Below, one piece after another: positions 49,130 through 59,146 of a DNA stretch of 64,000 bases. The stretch covers positions 57-64,056 of the forward strand of contig JBGFRZ010000032.1 of the NCBI GenBank assembly GCA_041694835.1. Reading direction: 5' to 3'. The notes below the pieces were generated by a model. The model searched no databases. It had not been told where the DNA came from and saw only the letters and a list, made by a program, of their open reading frames with translations. This DNA is from Ignavibacteria bacterium. Its GTDB lineage: Bacteria > Elusimicrobiota > Endomicrobiia > PHAN01. Within the stretch, counting starts at the first letter, position 1. Every line of letters starts with the position of its first letter. Position numbers and translations under genes: made by a program.

Positions 49130-51538
49130 CTATATGGCACCCAGTCGGGAGAGATTCATGTCTTCAGGGAACAGTTCCCTGTAGCGACGGACGGCTTCGT
49201 TCAATCTTTCCATTTTGTTGGTTTCTCTGTATAACGCTATAAGGTTTTTCCATGCATGGAGGTTTTCGCTATGTCTGTCAATAGCGCGATTGTAGAATTT
49301 TTCGGCATCGCTGAAGTTTCTTCTTAAATAATAGAGGTTGGCAAGTTGAAAATATGAATCTGAATATTCGGATGCCCGACGACGCGCCCAATCCTCAGGA
49401 AAAAGAAGATAGTACTCCCTGTTGTGATGTTCACAACATCGCCACTCCACCTCTTCCTTAAATTGCGACATTAAGTCATCAAACTTTTTTCGCTCTTCCT
49501 GTGTTTTTATATTTTCAGGATTGATAATATCTTCCGGGTTTTGAAGTAACCATTGGGTGTAAAGATGTGCTTTATACACTTTTTCGACCATGTCCATATC
49601 GCCCATTTGCAAATATACCCACGCCATTCTTTGATAGTTCGCAGGGAAAATGGGGTCTATCGTGTGATATCTCCAAAAGTGCCCGAGCGACTTATTCCAA
49701 TAAGACCTCATTTTCTCATCATCGCCTCTGTCTTTAAATTCTCCGCCAAGCTTCATATAAACGAGACCAGCCTGATGATGACTCTGCACATAGTTGGGCG
49801 CGACTCTCCATACATCTGTGTACTTATCTATTGAACGCTCGGGGTCTATTCTCCCCTCTTTGCCTAAATCAATCTCGACCCACGGCTTGTCGGCCTCCTT
49901 GTCGCCCCACTCTGGATGAAACACACGCGATAGAATCCATCTGTCGTTGAAAACATTGCCCATAAAGTAGTGGCACATTACAAATCCGTAGTTTTTTTCG
50001 GAAACGATGTTGTAGTTCGTCAAAGCTTCCGACCATCTGGCCTGTTTTGAGAAAAATATCGCTATGTTGTGATGGATGTCAGCCTTGAAAAAACCATAAA
50101 AAACAGTGACTGCCCATATAGCCGGCGGTATTATTACAAATACGAGCAACCTCCTTATTTTAACTGGAATTCCGCCGCTGGCGACGGAGTTAAACGATAC
50201 TTCGCCAAGAGGATTATTTACGATCAGCGAGCCTATCATTCCCAAAAGAAACCATAACATAACACCACTTGAGACGAATCTCAAACTGACGCAAACCAAG
50301 TTGTGAACAAGCATCCCACCCGATGCGGCAAGAAGTCCCAGCAAATAATATGCCCTGAAATCCGGGCGGCCACTTTTTGTATCTATGTTTGAAAAAGACT
50401 TCAATGCCTTGAAGCCACCAATGAAAAATATCGCAATCAGCCAGAGAAAAATCCCAAAACCCACTAATCCCTCGTCATGCAAGATCTCGAGATATTCGCT
50501 TTCGGGACTGTTCGACTGGGTGTTGTGTTTGCCTTCGACGAAAAAAATCTGCGGCCTTCTCCATGCGGGATATGTAACCTGGAAACTTCCTATGCCTGTT
50601 CCAAGAATTGGTTTCGTATTTATCATCTCCCATGTGGAGAGCCATGTGAAGATTCTAAACTTCGCTGAATCCGTTCTTTGAGTTAGTTGAAAATAAACAG
50701 CTCCGCCCGTCAATAAACTTACGAGTGTTATGACTAAAAGCGCATGCTTTTTTATGTTGACAGTCTTGGGATGCGGAAAGAAAAAAATATAAACCAAACC
50801 CAGAAGCACATGCCCCGCCACATAACCTATCCATGCGCCTTTAGAGTATGTGACATAGACATTAAAGAGGGTCATAAGCCACAAAATCAAAAGATAGGGT
50901 TTTCCTGACTTAATAAACAGAGCCAAAGTTATTGGTCCTGTCACGGCGAGAAAATCGCCAAAGAAATTAGGATTTCCGAAAGTTGAAAAAATGCGGTATG
51001 AGAATGCCTGTCTCCATATAAACGGGTCAAGCCCGGGCTCGGGGTTTGGAGGAAAATATTTTCCGTCCAAGAACTGTATGAGCCCGTAAAAGGTCGACAC
51101 GAATGTCGCGGCAAGAACCCAATTCAAAAGTCGGTCGACTTTTTTTCTGCTGTTGAATTCTTTCATTATCACAAGTGGGAGTGTAAAATATACAACCCTT
51201 CTTATCAGTTCATGACCGCTCATCCAAACAAAGGGCGATCTGAAATAAGAAATTACAGCAGACACAAAAAATGTTAAAATCGGAGCGACGTATGTTGCGT
51301 TTTTCGCGAAAAAATTCCACGAATTTTCTTCAATAATCTTCGCCAATAACATCGCGAGTAAAACAACCCCGCCTATTTGCACGATTGTTATTTTTATCTG
51401 AGCCGAGTCGTAAGTTCTGAGATAAAACATAACCGCTACGAGAAAATAAAAGACGGACGTCAAAAAGACGATATTTTTGCCCAAAAAATTAATGAAACCT
51501 AAAGAGCCGACGTTTTGGATTTGCGGATTTACTTTCAC
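49130..51538 (-). CDS. O-antigen ligase-like membrane protein fused to TPR repeats (paralog of the upstream gene)
   Basis: Same architecture as the 46803-49124 gene. Confidence 0.6.
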   Translation of the reverse strand: MKVNPQIQNVGSLGFINFLGKNIVFLTSVFYFLVAVMFYLRTYDSAQIKITIVQIGGVVLLAMLLAKIIEENSWNFFAKNATYVAPILTFFVSAVISYFRSPFVWMSGHELIRRVVYFTLPLVIMKEFNSRKKVDRLLNWVLAATFVSTFYGLIQFLDGKYFPPNPEPGLDPFIWRQAFSYRIFSTFGNPNFFGDFLAVTGPITLALFIKSGKPYLLILWLMTLFNVYVTYSKGAWIGYVAGHVLLGLVYIFFFPHPKTVNIKKHALLVITLVSLLTGGAVYFQLTQRTDSAKFRIFTWLSTWEMINTKPILGTGIGSFQVTYPAWRRPQIFFVEGKHNTQSNSPESEYLEILHDEGLVGFGIFLWLIAIFFIGGFKALKSFSNIDTKSGRPDFRAYYLLGLLAASGGMLVHNLVCVSLRFVSSGVMLWFLLGMIGSLIVNNPLGEVSFNSVASGGIPVKIRRLLVFVIIPPAIWAVTVFYGFFKADIHHNIAIFFSKQARWSEALTNYNIVSEKNYGFVMCHYFMGNVFNDRWILSRVFHPEWGDKEADKPWVEIDLGKEGRIDPERSIDKYTDVWRVAPNYVQSHHQAGLVYMKLGGEFKDRGDDEKMRSYWNKSLGHFWRYHTIDPIFPANYQRMAWVYLQMGDMDMVEKVYKAHLYTQWLLQNPEDIINPENIKTQEERKKFDDLMSQFKEEVEWRCCEHHNREYYLLFPEDWARRRASEYSDSYFQLANLYYLRRNFSDAEKFYNRAIDRHSENLHAWKNLIALYRETNKMERLNEAVRRYRELFPEDMNLSRLGAI

Positions 51539-51691
51539 TCCACTACCTCCGTTAAAGGAATTGTTTTTGTCATTATAGCAACTTTCAGTCTCTTGAGAGT
51601 TAGCGGGGTCATATCTTCATCCCTATGGGGTTGTATGCTCCTTCCTCACGCCTTGAAATCGCCTCAAACTTAGTTCTCCAAAATGTCAATA

Positions 51692-52633
51692 TTATTTTTT
51701 GGCAACCCCTATGTTTATGTAATGATTTGCGCCAAGCTCCCCTTTAGGATAATACCCGTAATCAAATTTAATCTTGCCAAAAGTTAAACCTAATCCGAAG
51801 GTCACGCGCGACATAACAAAATCCCCTGTATCGTGTTCCCTGAAAGGATGACGGAAACCCGCCCTGATTGCCAGTATTTTTTCGACAGGCGCTTCCAACC
51901 CGACTTTGACCTCGCCGTTGTTTATTATGTCCTGCTCGGCCTCCAATACGAATCCCACTACATTGATTTTTTTGAATATGGTCAAAAAAACACTTGACGG
52001 TGCGAAGTTTGAAGGATTAAAAGCGCCGCCCAAATTTCTCGCGCCGATGCTGAAAAAAGACGTTTTGTCGACAATCTCGGTCAAAGCTAAATCTATTACG
52101 CGGCCGAAGTATGTGGCAGAATATAGTCTTTCCGCCACAACTTTTGTCGAAACACCGAAAGATGTACGGGGCTGAATCATAACCGAATAAAACCCGCCTA
52201 AAACTAAATTGTATGTAAGGAATCTTCCTGATTCCTGATAAAGATAATTTTTATCCAAAATCGGAGCAGAAACCTGCGAGTGTTCGGCTCCGGAGTATGA
52301 AATGCAAAATCCGTATGCCCTTCCTTCTTTTTTGAAGAGAGCGCTTGCGTTTACAAAATTAGCGACGCCCCCCAGATGGCTGATACCTCCTGCAGCGACT
52401 TCGCTTTGATGCACGAGTACAGCGGAAGAAGGATTACTCCATGCCATAGTACCGTCGGAGGGACCGAAAAAGTTAACGCTTCCAAGCGACGCAAGTCTTG
52501 CGGAAAAAGGCAATTTCAAAAACTGAAAAGCGGCTGTTTCTTTACAGCACGCGCTCCTGGGGGCGGTAAGATACGTCATAATCAAGAACCATTGAACTAT
52601 CGCCGCCACAAAAAATTTTCTCATTTTCCACAA
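51692..52633 (-). CDS. Hypothetical outer-membrane beta-barrel protein with a signal peptide
   Basis: Signal peptide, alternating hydrophobic pattern, C-terminal aromatic residue. Confidence 0.4.
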   Translation of the reverse strand: MWKMRKFFVAAIVQWFLIMTYLTAPRSACCKETAAFQFLKLPFSARLASLGSVNFFGPSDGTMAWSNPSSAVLVHQSEVAAGGISHLGGVANFVNASALFKKEGRAYGFCISYSGAEHSQVSAPILDKNYLYQESGRFLTYNLVLGGFYSVMIQPRTSFGVSTKVVAERLYSATYFGRVIDLALTEIVDKTSFFSIGARNLGGAFNPSNFAPSSVFLTIFKKINVVGFVLEAEQDIINNGEVKVGLEAPVEKILAIRAGFRHPFREHDTGDFVMSRVTFGLGLTFGKIKFDYGYYPKGELGANHYINIGVAKK

Positions 52634-53655
52634 ATCCGTCTTAATTGTTCAAGTTTTTCAGCAGCCTTCCCAGAGTCGATTGACTCTTCGGCGACTTTAA
52701 CGCCTTCAAGGATATCTTTCGATTTGCCAGCGGCGGCGATGGCTGCCGCTGCATTTATCACAACGATGTCTCTTTTGGGACCCCCTTCGCCATTCAGTAT
52801 CTTTAATATCGTTGCTGCGTTCTCCCCGGCTCCTCCACCAGAAACATCGTCTTTTTTCGCTCTCTTAATGCCGAAATCCTCAGGCGCAATCATGTATGTT
52901 CTTACCACACCGTCTTTTAATTCGGAAACTTGCGTCTCGGCCGATACCGATATCTCGTCGACGGAGTCCATGCCATGCACAACGAATGCCCTTTTCGTCC
53001 CGAGATTTTTAAGGACATATGCCACGGGCTCCGTAAGTTTTGCAAGGTAGACGCCAAGAACTTGAGCGTTGGCGCCAGCCGGATTAGTGAGCGGGCCCAA
53101 CATATTGAATATCGTTCTTATACCGATCTCCCTTCTTGGGTTTATAGCGAATTTCATCGCCAGATGAATGTTGGGCGCGAACAAAAAACCGAGCCCTATT
53201 TGATTGATGCACTCCTCAACTTTTTCCACCGCTAAATCGACATTTATTCCCATAGCTTCAAGTACGTCCGCGCTGCCGCATTTTGAGGAAACAGCGCGGT
53301 TTCCGTGTTTCGCCACGACGACGCCGATACCGGCAACTACGAACGCAGCGGCGGTAGAGACATTGAATGTCTTCGCATGGTCGCCGCCGGTGCCGCATGT
53401 GTCGACGATGGTTTTCCAATCTATCAACTTACATCCGTCGCTTCTTATCCTGATTTTGACGGCATGCATCCGCATGACGCGCGCTGCTCCCGTTATCTCG
53501 TCTATCGTCTCCCCCTTCATCCTAAGAGCGGTTATGAAAGACGCTATCTGGGAGTCGGTGGCATTACCTGACATTATCTCTTCTATAACGGACGCTGTTT
53601 CTTCCTGAGTGAGGTTTTGCCCGATGACCACTTTGGATATCGCTTCTTTAATCAT
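52621..53655 (-). CDS. trpD: Anthranilate phosphoribosyltransferase (start at internal Met 53655, ATGA overlap with the trpG stop)
   Basis: GTGGD motif (DTCGTGGDHAKTFNVSTAAAFVVAG). Confidence 0.9.
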   Translation of the reverse strand: MIKEAISKVVIGQNLTQEETASVIEEIMSGNATDSQIASFITALRMKGETIDEITGAARVMRMHAVKIRIRSDGCKLIDWKTIVDTCGTGGDHAKTFNVSTAAAFVVAGIGVVVAKHGNRAVSSKCGSADVLEAMGINVDLAVEKVEECINQIGLGFLFAPNIHLAMKFAINPRREIGIRTIFNMLGPLTNPAGANAQVLGVYLAKLTEPVAYVLKNLGTKRAFVVHGMDSVDEISVSAETQVSELKDGVVRTYMIAPEDFGIKRAKKDDVSGGGAGENAATILKILNGEGGPKRDIVVINAAAAIAAAGKSKDILEGVKVAEESIDSGKAAEKLEQLRRICGK

Positions 53656-54251
53656 TTGTCTGTCCCCAGAATAAAGTTTCTTATCAGTTTTTTTCCTTCC
53701 GATGTGAGAATCGACTCCGGATGAAATTGGACGCCCTCGACTATGTTTTTCGGCTTCCTCTTTGAGTGCGGCAGGAATTTTAAGCGAACGCCCATTATCG
53801 TTCCGTCGGCGACCCACGAGGATATCTCAAAGCACTTCGGGAGCGTTTTTTTATCTGCTATCAATGAATGATACCGTGTTGCTTCAAAAGGATTCTTCAG
53901 ACCATTGTATATCGTTTTCCCATCATGATGTATGAACGATGTTTTTCCGTGCATCAGCTTTTTCGACCTGATTATTTTTCCTCCGAAAGCCGCCACTATG
54001 CTCTGATGCCCCAGACAGACACCGAGAATGGGGAGTTTCCCCGCGAAAAATCTGACGGCTTCGACTGAAATTCCAGCCTCTGACGGCGTGCAAGGTCCAG
54101 GCGAAATCACTAAATGGGAAGGATTTAGTTCCTTTATGCCGGCTATAGAAATTTTGTCGTTTCTGAAAACCTTTATTCCGGCGGTGTATTCGCCTATATA
54201 CTGGACTAAATTATACACAAATGAATCGTAGTTGTCAATGACGACAATCAT
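53652..54251 (-). CDS. trpG: Anthranilate synthase component II / glutamine amidotransferase (start at MIVVIDNYDSF)
   Basis: Class-I GATase triad region GVCLGHQ; the longer ORF to 54332 runs into repeat element F. Confidence 0.85.
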   Translation of the reverse strand: MIVVIDNYDSFVYNLVQYIGEYTAGIKVFRNDKISIAGIKELNPSHLVISPGPCTPSEAGISVEAVRFFAGKLPILGVCLGHQSIVAAFGGKIIRSKKLMHGKTSFIHHDGKTIYNGLKNPFEATRYHSLIADKKTLPKCFEISSWVADGTIMGVRLKFLPHSKRKPKNIVEGVQFHPESILTSEGKKLIRNFILGTDK

Positions 54252-54270
54252 TTTACCACCTGATATTGAT

Positions 54271-54377
54271 GCACAAGGCACAAGAGCATAAGTCAAGAGC
54301 ATAAGTGCACAAGAGCACAGTAAAAACCTCACCTCTCATCTCTATGCTCTATCTTCTATTCACTATTTGTTATTTGC
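54271..54377. repeat. Low-complexity element F (GCACAAGAGCATAAG module followed by TCACCTCTCATCTCTAT and CTATTCACTATTTG modules)
   Basis: Shares modules with elements A, E, G and H. Confidence 0.6.
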
Positions 54378-55874
54378 TTTGTATATCTTTTTAGAAAGTT
54401 CGATGGCCTTGAAAAGCCCCTTTGCCTTGTTCAATGTTTCCTGATACTCCCTCTCGGGGACCGAGTTGGCGACAATCCCGGCGCCAGCCTGAACGTATGC
54501 CGTTTTGTTCTTGTACACAATGGTTCTTATAGTTATCGCCATGTCCATATTGCCGCTGTATGAAAAATATCCGACGGCTCCGGCATAGGGACCCCGCCCG
54601 ACGGTTTCGAGTTCGTTTATTATCTGCATTGCGCGCACTTTAGGGGCGCCGCTAACGGTGCCCGCCGGGAAGCACGCCCTGAAAAGGTCGAAGGAATCTA
54701 TTTTTTTTCTCAGCTTTCCCGTAACTGTCGAAACCATATGTATCACGTGCGAATACTTCTCTATGTTCATAAGCTCCGTAACCCTGATGGATTTTAAATC
54801 GCAGACCCTTGAAAGATCGTTTCTGCCCAAATCTACAAGCATTATGTGTTCCGCTTTTTCCTTCGGATCCGATGTCAGGGCGTTTATCAATTTGATGTCG
54901 TCTTCGGCGGTTTTTCCCCTGTAACGCGTCCCCGCTATGGGCTTTGTCACGGCGATTTCATCCTCTCTCCTTACGAGTATTTCAGGCGAGGAGCCAATGA
55001 TATAAAAATTTTTCAGATTGAAGTAATACATATAAGGGGATGGATTGACGATTCTGAGCGCTCTGTATATGTCAAAAGTCCTGGATGTAGTTTCGACATC
55101 AAACCTCTGAGAAAGAACCACCTGTATTATATCGCCGCTTTTTATATGTTTTTTAGCCGTGGCCACGTTTTCTATGAACTTTTTTTTCGAGATGTTCGGC
55201 CGAATTTTTGCATGACTTTTAGAAGTGCTGATTAACCGACATAGAGAGCGCGTTTTAATCCTTTTTATCGCGTCGTCGATATTTTTGCACGCATCCTTGT
55301 AAAGCGCAGGACTCATTTTTTTTGTTCTTACATCAATGCAAGACACTATTTTCATGGTATGATAAAGATGGTCGAATACTATCATGTTGTTGGTAATCAT
55401 GAAAACCATCTCGGGCAGTTTAAGATCGCATGGCGGAAAAGCTGGCAGGTCCTCGATGAATTTCACTATATCGTAGGCGGCATAACCCACCGCACCGCCC
55501 CAGAATCTTGGAAGCTTTTCCGATTGAAAAGGAAGATAACCTTTCATTAGATTTTTTAGCTCTTCTATAGGATCTGAGTTTTTTTTCTTTGAAGAAAGTT
55601 TTCCTTGCACATATACCGACACCTCGCCGCTCTTCGAAATAAAAAGAGTATCGGGACGGTGCGATATAAAAGAATACCTACCCCACCTCTCACCTCCCTC
55701 GACACTTTCAAGGAGACACGAATATTTTTCTCCGGCGGCGACTTTAAGATATACGGAAACCGGCGTCTCAAAGTCCGCTATTATCTCCTTGTAAACCGGA
55801 ATGAGATTGTATTTTCCGACAAGCTTTTTTACTTCGTTGAAAGTCAGCGAAAAATCACGCGATGTATTTTTCAT
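54363..55874 (-). CDS. trpE: Anthranilate synthase component I
   Basis: 503 aa; chorismate-binding family motifs (GAVGYFSYSGNMDMAITIRT). Confidence 0.9.
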   Translation of the reverse strand: MKNTSRDFSLTFNEVKKLVGKYNLIPVYKEIIADFETPVSVYLKVAAGEKYSCLLESVEGGERWGRYSFISHRPDTLFISKSGEVSVYVQGKLSSKKKNSDPIEELKNLMKGYLPFQSEKLPRFWGGAVGYAAYDIVKFIEDLPAFPPCDLKLPEMVFMITNNMIVFDHLYHTMKIVSCIDVRTKKMSPALYKDACKNIDDAIKRIKTRSLCRLISTSKSHAKIRPNISKKKFIENVATAKKHIKSGDIIQVVLSQRFDVETTSRTFDIYRALRIVNPSPYMYYFNLKNFYIIGSSPEILVRREDEIAVTKPIAGTRYRGKTAEDDIKLINALTSDPKEKAEHIMLVDLGRNDLSRVCDLKSIRVTELMNIEKYSHVIHMVSTVTGKLRKKIDSFDLFRACFPAGTVSGAPKVRAMQIINELETVGRGPYAGAVGYFSYSGNMDMAITIRTIVYKNKTAYVQAGAGIVANSVPEREYQETLNKAKGLFKAIELSKKIYKANNK

Positions 55875-56241
55875 CGGGATTGAAGAACCTTTTTTCTTCG
55901 ATTAAAATTTTATTTTCTGATATTTTTCTGTAAAAACAGCTTCGATACCCCGTATGGCATGCGGCGATGCCGAGCTGCTCCACTTTTATAAGAAGACAGT
56001 CGGCGTCGCAGTCGATGTAGAGCTCTTTTACCTTCTGAAGGTTCCCCGAGGTCTCGCCTTTTGTCCAGAGTTTTTTTCTAGACCGACTCCAGTAAGTGGC
56101 GTTTCCGGTTTTTAGTGTCATTGAAAGAGAGTCGGCGTTCATATATGCGACCATAAGAACCCTGTTGTCCCTGTAATCCTGAACTACAACAGGCACAAAG
56201 CCGTCTGAATCAAACTTAATTTGTTTTATTATTTCATCCAT
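55855..56241 (-). CDS. hisI: Phosphoribosyl-AMP cyclohydrolase (start at MDEIIKQ)
   Basis: KFDSDGFVPVVVQD...YWSRSRKKLWTKGETSG...CDADCLL motifs. Confidence 0.85.
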   Translation of the reverse strand: MDEIIKQIKFDSDGFVPVVVQDYRDNRVLMVAYMNADSLSMTLKTGNATYWSRSRKKLWTKGETSGNLQKVKELYIDCDADCLLIKVEQLGIAACHTGYRSCFYRKISENKILIEEKRFFNPDEKYIA

Positions 56242-56340
56242 AAGAACTCCAATTCCCCGCCTTGACAGGAACACCGTCCACATGGACTCCAATGCCATTG
56301 AATACGGAGTCCGCAGCGGCTGGGGAAATCTGGAACCATA

Positions 56341-56550
56341 GAGCACAAGAACACAAGTCAGAGGTCAGAGGTGAGAGATGAGAGAATAGCGTATAGAGGA
56401 TAGAGGATAGCAAATAGCAAATAGCGAATAGTGGTTGGTGACTGGTGACTTGTGGCTGGAGGAAATGAGCAACGAGCCACGAGCCACTAATCCTCTGTCC
56501 TCTGTCCTCTGTCCTCTGTTCTCTGTCCCCTGTTCTCTGCTCTCGGCGGT
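56341..56550. repeat. Low-complexity purine/pyrimidine dyad element G
   Basis: GAGCACAAGAACACAAGTCAGAGGTCAGAGGTGAGAGATGAGAGAATAGCG...GGATAGCAAATAGCAAATAGCGAATAG...CCTCTGTCCTCTGTCCTCTGTCC. Confidence 0.7.
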
Positions 56551-56568
56551 AATATTTTTCATTCGATG

Positions 56569-57585
56569 TTATATCCTGATCGGCACGCCTCTCTTTTTGA
56601 GGTAAAGTTTTAATTCTTTTATGCCGATTTCTCTAAAGTGAAAAAGAGAGGCGGCGAGGCATGCCGAAGCTTTAGCCTCCGCGAAACCCTCGTAAAAATC
56701 TCCTTTTGAACCGGCTCCGCCCGAAGCTATGACTGGTATCGAGACTGCCTCAACCACGGATTTCGTCAGTTCGATATCATAACCGTCTTTTGTGCCGTCC
56801 TTGTCCATACTCGTGAGTAAAATCTCGCCCGCTCCCATTTTTTCAACGTATCTCGCCCATCTCACAACATCTAATCCAGTATTCTTTCTTCCGCCGTAAG
56901 TATAAACCTCCCATCTTAATCGAGAGGTGAGAGGTGAGAGGTCAGAGGTCAGAGATGAGAGGTGAGTTTTTTCTCTGTCCCCCGTTCTCTGTTCTCTGTT
57001 CTCTGTCTTCTGTCCCCTGTCCTCTGTCCTCTGTTCTCTGTCCTCTGTCCTCTGTCCTCTGTTTTCTGTCCTCTGCTGCTCTTGTGCACTTGTGCTCTTG
57101 TGCACTTGTGCTCTGCCACTCTGTTCTCTGTCCTCTGTCCTCTGTTCTCTGTCTTCTGTCCTCTGTCCTCTGTTCTCCGCTCTCTGTCTTTTTGCGTCAA
57201 TTGCTATGACTATGCATTGGCTCCCAAACTTTTTTGCCGCTCCTTTTATGAAATCCGGATTTTCTACGGCGGAGGTGTTGATTGAAACTTTGTCGGCGCC
57301 GTTGGCCAGAAGCGTCTGAATATCTTTTAAATTTCTTACCCCGCCTCCAACGGTAAGTGGTATGAAGACGCTTTGCGCCGTTTTTTTTACGACATTTAAA
57401 AGTATCTTTCTTTTTTCGCAAGATGCGGTTATGTCGAGAAAAACAAGCTCGTCGGCGCTTTCTTTGTCGTACTTCTTTGCGACTTCAACAGGGTCGCCCG
57501 CGTCCCTCAAATTCAAAAACCTCGTTCCCTTTACGACGCGACCGGCATTTACGTCCAAACAAGGAATTATTCTTTTAGTAAGCAT
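56569..57585 (-). CDS. hisF: Imidazole glycerol phosphate synthase cyclase subunit HisF carrying an in-frame insertion of about 91 aa low-complexity sequence
   Basis: N-terminal residues 1-133 and C-terminal residues 225-338 are a complete HisF (RIIPCLDV...AIDAKR // [13 protein letters not shown]...IASGGAG). The intervening [23 protein letters not shown]... stretch is encoded by repeat element H. Confidence 0.85.
   Translation of the reverse strand: MLTKRIIPCLDVNAGRVVKGTRFLNLRDAGDPVEVAKKYDKESADELVFLDITASCEKRKILLNVVKKTAQSVFIPLTVGGGVRNLKDIQTLLANGADKVSINTSAVENPDFIKGAAKKFGSQCIVIAIDAKRQRAENRGQRTEDREQRTEDREQSGRAQVHKSTSAQEQQRTENRGQRTEDREQRTEDRGQKTENREQRTGDREKTHLSSLTSDLSPLTSRLRWEVYTYGGRKNTGLDVVRWARYVEKMGAGEILLTSMDKDGTKDGYDIELTKSVVEAVSIPVIASGGAGSKGDFYEGFAEAKASACLAASLFHFREIGIKELKLYLKKRGVPIRI
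56921..57192. repeat. Low-complexity element H, inserted in-frame inside hisF
   Basis: GAGAGGTGAGAGGTCAGAGG purine block followed by about 230 nt of (CTCTGTCCTCTGTTCTCTGT)n plus a CTCTTGTGCACTTGTGCTCTTGTGCAC module; all three forward frames are open. Confidence 0.75.
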
Positions 57586-57588
57586 TCT

Positions 57589-58308
57589 TTATTCGAATAA
57601 AGCAATCGCTGATTTAAGGTCGATATTCCCCTCGTAAATCGCTTTGCCTATTATTACGCCTTTTATGTTTTTATGTCCGAGATTTTTAATGACCGATATA
57701 TCGTTTATATCCCTTACGCCTCCCGAAGCGATTATTCCCGTCCGACCCCGTGAAGCGAGATTGCGAATGAGTTCCAAGTTAAGACCAGAAAGCATGCCGT
57801 CACGACTGACGTCAGTGACTATAACTTCGCCTATACCTATTTTTCCGACGGTCATTATAAAATCTTCCGCACTTATTTCGGTTAATTTCCTCCAACCGTT
57901 TACAGCCACTTTTCCATTAACAACATCGCACGCAACGATTATCCTGCCCGGGAATTTTTCCGCGGCGCTCTCTAATGCATCCGGAGATATCACAGCCAAT
58001 GTACCTGCTATAACGTAATCGAAACCTTCGTTAATCAGGTCATTTATCTTTGCAAAATCCCTGACACCCCCTCCTATCTGTATTGGAATTTTTACACTCG
58101 CTCTTATCTTTTTTATCACTTCAATGTTGGCGGGGCCGCCAAAAGCGGCGTCGAGATCGACGATATGGAGCCTTTTTACTCCGGCTTCCTGAAAAACTTG
58201 TGCGAGCGCCGACGGTTCTTCCGAATAAACACTCTCTCTGTCGGGATCGCCCTTTGTCAGCATGACGCACTTTGAGTTTCTGATGTCAATAGCGGGAATT
58301 ATCAGCAT
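57589..58308 (-). CDS. hisA: 1-(5-phosphoribosyl)-5-[(5-phosphoribosylamino)methylideneamino]imidazole-4-carboxamide isomerase
   Basis: MLIIPAIDIRNSKCV...; (beta/alpha)8 HisA family. Confidence 0.9.
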   Translation of the reverse strand: MLIIPAIDIRNSKCVMLTKGDPDRESVYSEEPSALAQVFQEAGVKRLHIVDLDAAFGGPANIEVIKKIRASVKIPIQIGGGVRDFAKINDLINEGFDYVIAGTLAVISPDALESAAEKFPGRIIVACDVVNGKVAVNGWRKLTEISAEDFIMTVGKIGIGEVIVTDVSRDGMLSGLNLELIRNLASRGRTGIIASGGVRDINDISVIKNLGHKNIKGVIIGKAIYEGNIDLKSAIALFE

Positions 58309-58928
58309 ATTTTCTCGATAAAATTCCTGATCAGTTTCAAACCCAACGAACCGCTTTTTTCAGGATGAAACTGACAAGCGAATATATTCTCCTTGTAAAC
58401 CGCCGAACAAAACTTTGCACCGTAATCCGTCGTAGATGCGATAATACTTTTATCCTCCGGTTCCACATAATACGAGTGAACGAAATAAAAATAAGAATCA
58501 TCCTGTATTCCTTCGGAAACTTTGAACTTTGAACTTTGAACTTTGAACTTTATCTGGTTCCATCCCATATGAGGCACGAGCATTTTTGTTTCGTCGAACT
58601 TCCTTGAAAAACCCTTAAATATCCCAAGACCATTGCTTTTTCCTTCCTCACTTTTTTCGAAAAGGAGCTGAAGACCCAAACAAATGCCGAAAAAAGGTTT
58701 TTTTTCAATTATCCGCGGGAGACCTTCCCAGATACCCCTTTTTTTCAAGTTTCTTACCGCAACGTCAAACGACCCCACGCCTGGAAGCACGACGCAGTCG
58801 GCAGGGCTTATTTTTTTCATGCTGCCCGTAACTCCAACCCTCGCTCCAGATTTTTCAAAAGCTTTCGCCACACTCTGAAGATTCCCCATGCCATAGTCAA
58901 TGACGCAAACATTTATCGTGTTTCGCAT
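58302..58928 (-). CDS. hisH: Imidazole glycerol phosphate synthase glutamine amidotransferase subunit
   Basis: VIDYGMGNLQSVAKAFE, GICLGLQLL, HPEKS triad motifs. Confidence 0.9.
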   Translation of the reverse strand: MRNTINVCVIDYGMGNLQSVAKAFEKSGARVGVTGSMKKISPADCVVLPGVGSFDVAVRNLKKRGIWEGLPRIIEKKPFFGICLGLQLLFEKSEEGKSNGLGIFKGFSRKFDETKMLVPHMGWNQIKFKVQSSKFKVSEGIQDDSYFYFVHSYYVEPEDKSIIASTTDYGAKFCSAVYKENIFACQFHPEKSGSLGLKLIRNFIEKIC

Positions 58929-58958
58929 TTTTAATCACAAATTTTCAATCTTGAATGC

Positions 58959-59146
58959 TATATTGAGATTATTGAAAAACCCATCTTTTTCACTTAAAGG
59001 GCAGTTTCTTAACGGTTAAAAGTTTCAATCAGACCGCAAAACTCCTCGCTTTGCTCGTCAGACATTGCGGTCTAAACGATTTCAACTTTTAACCTGAAAC
59101 TGCCAAATCGTTCAAAAAATTAAGGTTTTTCAACGAGCTCATATTA
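58959..59146. mobile_element. Roughly 190-bp imperfect-palindrome element, copy 3 (between hisH and hisB, overlapping the hisB stop codon)
   Basis: Near-identical to copies 1 and 2; terminal repeats TATATTGAGATTATTGAAAAACC ... GGTTTTTCAACGAGCTCATATTAA. Confidence 0.65.

Noticed and set aside
53656-53817. N-terminal 54-residue extension of the trpD ORF (MGRRRNDNG...), and similar extensions of yebC (46735-46785) and hisI (56242-56346)
   Set aside because: The extensions overlap the upstream genes, and the conserved family N-termini begin at the internal Met. Shorter starts were adopted.
23421-57192. CRISPR array interpretation of the recurring low-complexity elements
   Set aside because: There are no constant-length direct repeats separated by unique spacers. 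The elements are dyad or modular and scattered.
56341-57209. ORFs 56365-56562(-), 56934-57209(+), 56949-57200(-), 56962-57285(+), 57092-57319(+)
   Set aside because: All lie within low-complexity repeats G and H, where every frame is open. These are translation artefacts, apart from the hisF frame.
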